Of a stretch of 64,000 nucleotides of DNA, positions 58,838-64,000 are shown one piece after another; the first letter of the stretch is position 1; each line of letters begins with the position of its first letter. Source of the stretch: Elusimicrobiota bacterium (GTDB lineage: Bacteria > Elusimicrobiota > Elusimicrobia > 2-02-FULL-39-32); NCBI GenBank assembly GCA_016180425.1, contig JACPBF010000001.1, forward strand, positions 76,744-140,743, written 5' to 3'. The position numbers and the translations under genes are program-made. Under the pieces are notes generated by a model, which saw only the letters and a program-made list of their open reading frames with translations, made no database searches and was not told the origin of the DNA.

Positions 58838-59872
58838 ATGGAAAAAATCTCTCGACTAAATGATCTGGAAAAAAAAGTCATTGAAACGCTTGAAAAAACC
58901 GAAGATTTAACAGCTTTAGAAGAACTCCGCAAAGAATATTTTGGAAAAAAAGGAATCTTTAGCCAAGCCCTAGAAGACCTTAAAAACCTCTCTCCTGTTG
59001 AAAAACAGCAATTTGGCAAAGCATTAAACTTAACCAAAGAAAAAATGTACCTTCTAATTAAAGAAAAAAACTCAAAATTAGAAGAGGCAAAATTTGAAAT
59101 TGCCTTAACCCAAAAAAAACCAGACTGGACATTGCCCTCTCTTCCCTTTTTTTTAGGTAAAACACATCCTTTAACTCTTGTTTTGGATGAAGTGCTGAAA
59201 ATCTTTTCAGAAATTGGATTTTCTTCAGCGCATGGACCAGAAATTGAAACAGATGAAAATAATTTTGGAGCTCTGAATATTCCAGAAGAACACCCGGCAA
59301 GAGACATGCACGATACCTTTTACATCGCGGGAGAAAAATTACTTTTACGAACCCACACCTCCCCTGTTCAAATCCGGGTCATGAAAAAACAATCCCCTCC
59401 CATTCGCATTGTTGCTCCGGGAAGAGTTTTTAGGCATGAGGCGGTTGATGCCACACATTCTGCGGTTTTCCATCAGGTGGAAGGTTTAGCTGTGGATGAA
59501 AACATCTCTTTTGCTGATCTTAAAGGCACTTTAGAATTCTTCAATAAAAAACTTTTTGGCAAAGAAATTAAGAGCCGTTTTAGACCCTCTTATTTTCCTT
59601 TTGTAGAGCCCGGCGCGGAAATAGACATTTCCTGCACTATCTGTAAATCCCAAAAATCAAATTGTCCAGTATGCAAAGGAACAGGTTGGATTGAAATGCT
59701 GGGAGCAGGCATGGTTCATCCCAATGTATTTAAAGCTGTAAACATTGACCCAAATCAATATACCGGCTTTGCCTTTGGACTTGGGATTGAAAGAATCGCA
59801 ATGTTGAAATACGGAATTAGCGAACTGCGTCTTTTTTATGAAAATCATCTGGATTTTCTTTCACAATTTTAA
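58838..59872 (+). CDS. pheS: Phenylalanyl-tRNA synthetase alpha subunit
   Basis: HPARDMHDTFY, LRTHTS, FHQVEG, RPSYFPFVEP, GFAFGLGIER. Confidence 0.98.
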   Translation: MEKISRLNDLEKKVIETLEKTEDLTALEELRKEYFGKKGIFSQALEDLKNLSPVEKQQFGKALNLTKEKMYLLIKEKNSKLEEAKFEIALTQKKPDWTLPSLPFFLGKTHPLTLVLDEVLKIFSEIGFSSAHGPEIETDENNFGALNIPEEHPARDMHDTFYIAGEKLLLRTHTSPVQIRVMKKQSPPIRIVAPGRVFRHEAVDATHSAVFHQVEGLAVDENISFADLKGTLEFFNKKLFGKEIKSRFRPSYFPFVEPGAEIDISCTICKSQKSNCPVCKGTGWIEMLGAGMVHPNVFKAVNIDPNQYTGFAFGLGIERIAMLKYGISELRLFYENHLDFLSQF

Positions 59873-59892
59873 ATGACAAATCATTGTCCTTT

Positions 59893-59918
59893 AACCCGAA
59901 TATTACATTAGAAAATGA
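59893..59918 (+). repeat. 26-bp dispersed repeat, copy 2 (contains the pheT ATG)
   Basis: Identical to 25305-25330. Confidence 0.9.
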
Positions 59919-62344
59919 AAATATCCTTAAACTGGCTGGAAGAAATACTCAATCAAAAAATTAATCTTTCCTTAAAAGACCTTAAAAATCTTTTGCTAGA
60001 GCTTGGTTTTGAGGTCTCCAATAGTGAAGAATATCCTTCTTGCGCAGGCATTGTTGTAGCTGAAATTCTAAATATCCTGCCCCATCCTAATGCGGATCGC
60101 CTGAAAATTGTGTCAGTGAGAGACGACAAAGAAGTTCAAAATGTGGTTTGCGGAGCTCCTAATCTAATTAAAGGCAAAAAAGTATTTTGGGCAAAAGTAG
60201 GGGCAAAGCTCTTCAATGGAGAAAAAATCAAAGAGTCAGTGATCCGCGGGGTACAATCTCCAGGGATGCTCCTTTCTTTAAAAGAATTAGGAATTGGAGA
60301 AGATCATTCAGGGCTAACTTATCTGGAAGGCGAAGAAAAGTGTGGAACCCAAGCAGAAAAACTAATAGATTTTGAAGACACTATTCTAGATCTAGAAATA
60401 ACTCCTAACCGTCCGGATTGCCTTTCCCATGCAGGAATTGCGCGTGAGGTGGCTGCGGCGCTTGATCTAGAATTTCCTTTTGCTTCTCTTTCTTTTAAGG
60501 AAGAATCCTATCCGCCTTTTACTGTAAAAATTGAAAATGAGCTGGATTGCCCGCGCTATATCGCAAGGAAAATATGTGGAGTCCAAATTCAATCTTCTCC
60601 CTTAAAATTACAACAGCGTCTATTCCGCTGCGGGATACGTGCAATCAATAATATTGTGGACATCACTAATGCGATTCTACTAGAAATCGGGCAGCCGCTG
60701 CACGCGTTTGACGCGGATCTACTAGAAGGGGAAAAAATAGCTGTTCGCAGAGCTAAACAAAATGAAAAAATTTTAGCTTTAGATGGGAAAGAATATTCTT
60801 TGGATCCAGAAATTTTAGTGATTGCGGATGAAAAAAAAGCTGTGGCGATTGCCGGGATCATGGGGGGCGAAGATTGCGCGGTAACTAACCAAACAAAAAA
60901 CATTCTTTTGGAAAGCGCGATTTTTGAAAAACGATTGGTTCGGGCTGCAAGAAAAAAATGTGGACTTGGCTCTGAATCTTCTTATCGCTTTGAAAGAGGG
61001 GTCAGCCATTGGTCGAGTTCTATGGGGAGCTTAAAAGCAGCTCAAAAAATAAGTGAAACTACTAAAGGCAAGAACTCTCAATTCTATGACACCTGCCCAA
61101 AACCACAAGCAACAAGATCATGGACATTGAAAAGCAGCCAAATTAAAAAAATTTTGGGAGTGGAACTTCCCAATCCCGAGACAGAAAAACTTTTAAAAAG
61201 ATTGGCGATACCGGTTCAATCCTTAAACAAAGAAGAGCTTGAAGTACGCTCTCCAACTTGGCGTTTAGACCTTAGCTCTGAAATAGATTTTATTGAAGAG
61301 CTGATAAGGTTAAAAGGATATTCTACTGTCCCTTCGCAAGGAAACAAGTTCCAATTAAATTTATCTGAATCTCAAACCAGCTCTGAACTGAACCAGATTT
61401 CTGGATTTTTAAAGGACTTACGAAAAATCTTGACCTCTTTAGGTTTTTATGAATCCTATAATATTGGTTTTGTCTCAAAAAAAGATTGTGATTCTTTTGC
61501 GGAAAATCAGCTTATAAAAATTGAAAACCCCCTGGCAGAAGAACAGATGTTCTTGCGTCCCAATCTCTTAGCAGAACTTCTTAAAAATTTAAAACTAAAT
61601 CTATCTTACCAAAAAAAAGATCTGAGATTTTTTGAAATTGGAAAGGTATTTCAAAAATCTAATGGAGAGATAAAAGAAAGACTGCATCTAGCTGGAATTG
61701 CTTGCGGCAAGAGCCAGCATGCTTGGTGGAAATCAAAATCCAATGAGACCATTGACTTTTTCTGGATCAAAGGTGTTTTAGAAAATTTAAACGCTCTTTT
61801 CAATGGACAGATTCAAATGAAAGAGACAGGGTTAGAAAAAAATGAAGAAACCTCTTTTTTTACTCAAGGTTCCCTGCATCCCTCTTTTTCTTTTAATTTG
61901 AATCTTAGCAAGCCCTTTGAAAAAATTGGCATTCTTGGGATGATACACCCAAAAAATTTGAAAGAACTTGGCTCTGAAAACCAAGTAGCTCTTTTTGAAA
62001 TTGATTTAGAAACGCTCTTAGGCGCATTTAAATCCGACAAAAAAATATTGACAGTTCTTCGCACCCCGGCGATTAAAAGAGATTGCTCAATCTGGATCAA
62101 TGAAAAAATATTGTGGGAGGAGATTAAAGAAGAGATCAAAAATTCAGGCGGCGAACTGCTGGAAACACTCATTCCTTTTGATATTTATACGGACCCTAAA
62201 TTCCCTGACCAGAAAAGCATTAGCTTTACTTTAACTTTTAGGCGCCCCCAAGAAACCCTCAAAGATGAAACTGCCAATATTTTAAGAGAAAAAATAGTTG
62301 AACGGCTTAAACTAAAATTTGGAGCTTCTTTAAGGACAAAATGA
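59915..62344 (+). CDS. pheT: Phenylalanyl-tRNA synthetase beta subunit
   Basis: MKISLNWL, HPNADRL, VCGAPN, TPNRPDCLS, GQPLHAFD, RFERG. Confidence 0.97.
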   Translation: MKISLNWLEEILNQKINLSLKDLKNLLLELGFEVSNSEEYPSCAGIVVAEILNILPHPNADRLKIVSVRDDKEVQNVVCGAPNLIKGKKVFWAKVGAKLFNGEKIKESVIRGVQSPGMLLSLKELGIGEDHSGLTYLEGEEKCGTQAEKLIDFEDTILDLEITPNRPDCLSHAGIAREVAAALDLEFPFASLSFKEESYPPFTVKIENELDCPRYIARKICGVQIQSSPLKLQQRLFRCGIRAINNIVDITNAILLEIGQPLHAFDADLLEGEKIAVRRAKQNEKILALDGKEYSLDPEILVIADEKKAVAIAGIMGGEDCAVTNQTKNILLESAIFEKRLVRAARKKCGLGSESSYRFERGVSHWSSSMGSLKAAQKISETTKGKNSQFYDTCPKPQATRSWTLKSSQIKKILGVELPNPETEKLLKRLAIPVQSLNKEELEVRSPTWRLDLSSEIDFIEELIRLKGYSTVPSQGNKFQLNLSESQTSSELNQISGFLKDLRKILTSLGFYESYNIGFVSKKDCDSFAENQLIKIENPLAEEQMFLRPNLLAELLKNLKLNLSYQKKDLRFFEIGKVFQKSNGEIKERLHLAGIACGKSQHAWWKSKSNETIDFFWIKGVLENLNALFNGQIQMKETGLEKNEETSFFTQGSLHPSFSFNLNLSKPFEKIGILGMIHPKNLKELGSENQVALFEIDLETLLGAFKSDKKILTVLRTPAIKRDCSIWINEKILWEEIKEEIKNSGGELLETLIPFDIYTDPKFPDQKSISFTLTFRRPQETLKDETANILREKIVERLKLKFGASLRTK

Positions 62345-62386
62345 AGCTAAGATGTCTCTTATTTAATAATCCTGTTAGGAAAAGTT

Positions 62387-62647
62387 TTGGAAGTTTCTGT
62401 GCATAAAATAGAAATCATAGAAGAAAAAGTAAAAACAGCTGTTAAACTTATTGAAAAGCTCCGGGATGAAAATGTTAAAATTAAAGAAAATATTAATAAA
62501 CTTATTAAAGAAAATGAATTCCTGCAAACAGAAAATAAAGATGTCAGAAAAATTGTGCTAGAGCTCTCCAATCTCAAAGAAGAGCGGGCTCTGATCAAAC
62601 AAAAATTAGAAAAACTTGTCCAACGCTATCACAAAATGAAGCTGTAA
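62387..62647 (+). CDS. Coiled-coil cell division protein, ZapB-like
   Basis: All-helical coiled coil between pheT and zapA; start uncertain. Confidence 0.6.
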   Translation: MEVSVHKIEIIEEKVKTAVKLIEKLRDENVKIKENINKLIKENEFLQTENKDVRKIVLELSNLKEERALIKQKLEKLVQRYHKMKL

Positions 62648-62648
62648 A

Positions 62649-62951
62649 ATGATTGAAGAAAAAATTCCAGTTATAATCCTTGGCCAAACCTATGAAATCT
62701 TAGGCAACCCTTCAGACGCTCTTTACTACAATTCCCTGGCTAGGTATATTGAAGAAAAAATGAAAGAGATCCAGCAGATGACCCATATTGTCTCTACCCA
62801 AAAAATAGCGGTTTTAGCGGCTTTAAACATTGCAGATGAGCTATTCCAAGACCGGGAAAATAAATCCAGTTCAAGTAACTCCCAAGAAAAAAAGCAAGAA
62901 GATCTAATTAAACTCTTAGAGCAAACCTTAAAAGAAACCACAGTTGAATAA
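62649..62951 (+). CDS. zapA: Cell division protein ZapA
   Basis: VIILGQTY, AVLAALNIADEL. Confidence 0.9.
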   Translation: MIEEKIPVIILGQTYEILGNPSDALYYNSLARYIEEKMKEIQQMTHIVSTQKIAVLAALNIADELFQDRENKSSSSNSQEKKQEDLIKLLEQTLKETTVE

Positions 62952-63002
62952 CTATTAAGTAGTTTCAAAAAGATTTATTTTAGATCGTGTGAGTTAAATT
63001 TA

Positions 63003-64000
63003 ATGGAACCTTTGAATCTATTTTCATCAAAAGAAAAACTAAAAATAGAGTTTCACCCTCTCAGCTACCTCTGTTCTCCCGCAACTTTAGATGAATTCTT
63101 TGGTCAAGAACAACTCTTGGGTTCAGGAAAACTCTTGCGAAGACTCATTGAATCAGACCGCATTTTTTCCAGCATCTTTTTTGGCCCTCCAGGCACAGGC
63201 AAAAGCGCTCTAGCCAGACTGATTGCGCTCAAAACTCAAAGCTTCTTTGTAGAGATGAACGCGGTGACTACAGGGGTAGGAGAACTAAAAAAAATAATTG
63301 AATCTGCAAAAATACGTTTGCAAACTCAATCTCAAAAAACGATCCTGCTGATAGATGAAATCCACCATTTTAACCGCTCTCAGCAGGATGCTCTTTTACC
63401 GGATGTGGAGCGTGGGACGATTACCTTAATTGGAATTACAACTGAAAATCCCAATTTTTATGTAAACTCTGCCCTTCGTTCCAGGTCCCGTTGTTTTGAA
63501 TTTTTTCCCTTAAAAGAAAATGATTTAGAAAAAATCTTAGATCGCGGCCTAAATAAAATGGAAACCATTTTAAAAAAAAAGATAAAAATCGAGGATCAGG
63601 CTAAAACCCTTCTTTTAGAAAGGTCTTCTGGAGATGCAAGGATTCTCCTAAACGCTTTAGAAATTGGCGCAAAGTCCGCTCCTTTTGAAGGAGATGGAAT
63701 CCTCTGCTTCACCTTAAAAATAGCTGAAGAATCCCTGCAAACTAGAGGTCTCGCCTATGATAAAAAAGGGGATGAGCATTACGATACTATTTCAGCTTTT
63801 ATAAAAGCGATGCGGGGAGGTGACCCGGATGCCAGCCTATACTGGATGGCAAAAATGTTGGAAGGAGGTGAGGATCCCAGATTTATTGCCAGAAGAATCT
63901 TAATTTGCGCTTCAGAAGATGTGGGCAATGCGGACCCTCTTGCTCTCACTTTAGCTTTAAGCGCTTTCCAAGCCCTGGAATTTTTAGGGATGCCAGAGGC
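63003..64000 (+). CDS. rarA: Replication-associated recombination protein A (RarA/MgsA), runs off window
   Basis: GQEQLLG, FGPPGTGKS, IDEIHHFNRSQQDALL, TTENP, HYDTISAFIKAMRG, ASEDVGNAD. Confidence 0.93.
   Translation, partial: MEPLNLFSSKEKLKIEFHPLSYLCSPATLDEFFGQEQLLGSGKLLRRLIESDRIFSSIFFGPPGTGKSALARLIALKTQSFFVEMNAVTTGVGELKKIIESAKIRLQTQSQKTILLIDEIHHFNRSQQDALLPDVERGTITLIGITTENPNFYVNSALRSRSRCFEFFPLKENDLEKILDRGLNKMETILKKKIKIEDQAKTLLLERSSGDARILLNALEIGAKSAPFEGDGILCFTLKIAEESLQTRGLAYDKKGDEHYDTISAFIKAMRGGDPDASLYWMAKMLEGGEDPRFIARRILICASEDVGNADPLALTLALSAFQALEFLGMPE

Noticed and set aside
630..62968. Numerous short ORFs in the track that overlap or are antisense to long genes
   Set aside because: Shadow frames of well-supported genes, with no recognisable motifs
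62952..63002. 6S RNA after zapA
   Set aside because: Only about 50 nt before the rarA start; too short

Overview
AT-rich bacterial chromosome segment. Elusimicrobiota-like origin is an inference from gene content and the unusual DnaK, not a verified assignment. Housekeeping blocks: a permease-less PTS operon (ptsN-hprK-rapZ-EIIA(Man)-GH57-ptsH-ptsI), lepA-lepB, a CIRCE-controlled hrcA-grpE-dnaK-dnaJ-rsmE operon, and thrS-infC(AUC start)-rpmI-rplT-pheST-zapB-zapA-rarA. Between them lie: (i) two GT-C-like membrane proteins around a GT2; (ii) a B12 radical SAM plus ferredoxin-DUF4346 pair and cstA, with the radical SAM and cstA enclosed by 31-bp inverted repeats that each end on a flanking start codon; (iii) a roughly 30-kb mosaic surface-glycan locus with many tailoring enzymes (carbamoyl-, methyl-, formyl-, acyl-transferases, deacetylase, SGNH proteins, radical SAM). 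That locus also holds two inverted copies of tRNA-Val(GAC), a DUF4338/DruA-like pseudogene, a 313-bp near-identical carbamoyltransferase repeat and several small gene relics missed by the ORF track. No CRISPR array, rRNA, intact transposase or integrase was seen. All family assignments come from motif recognition by eye, not from database searches.
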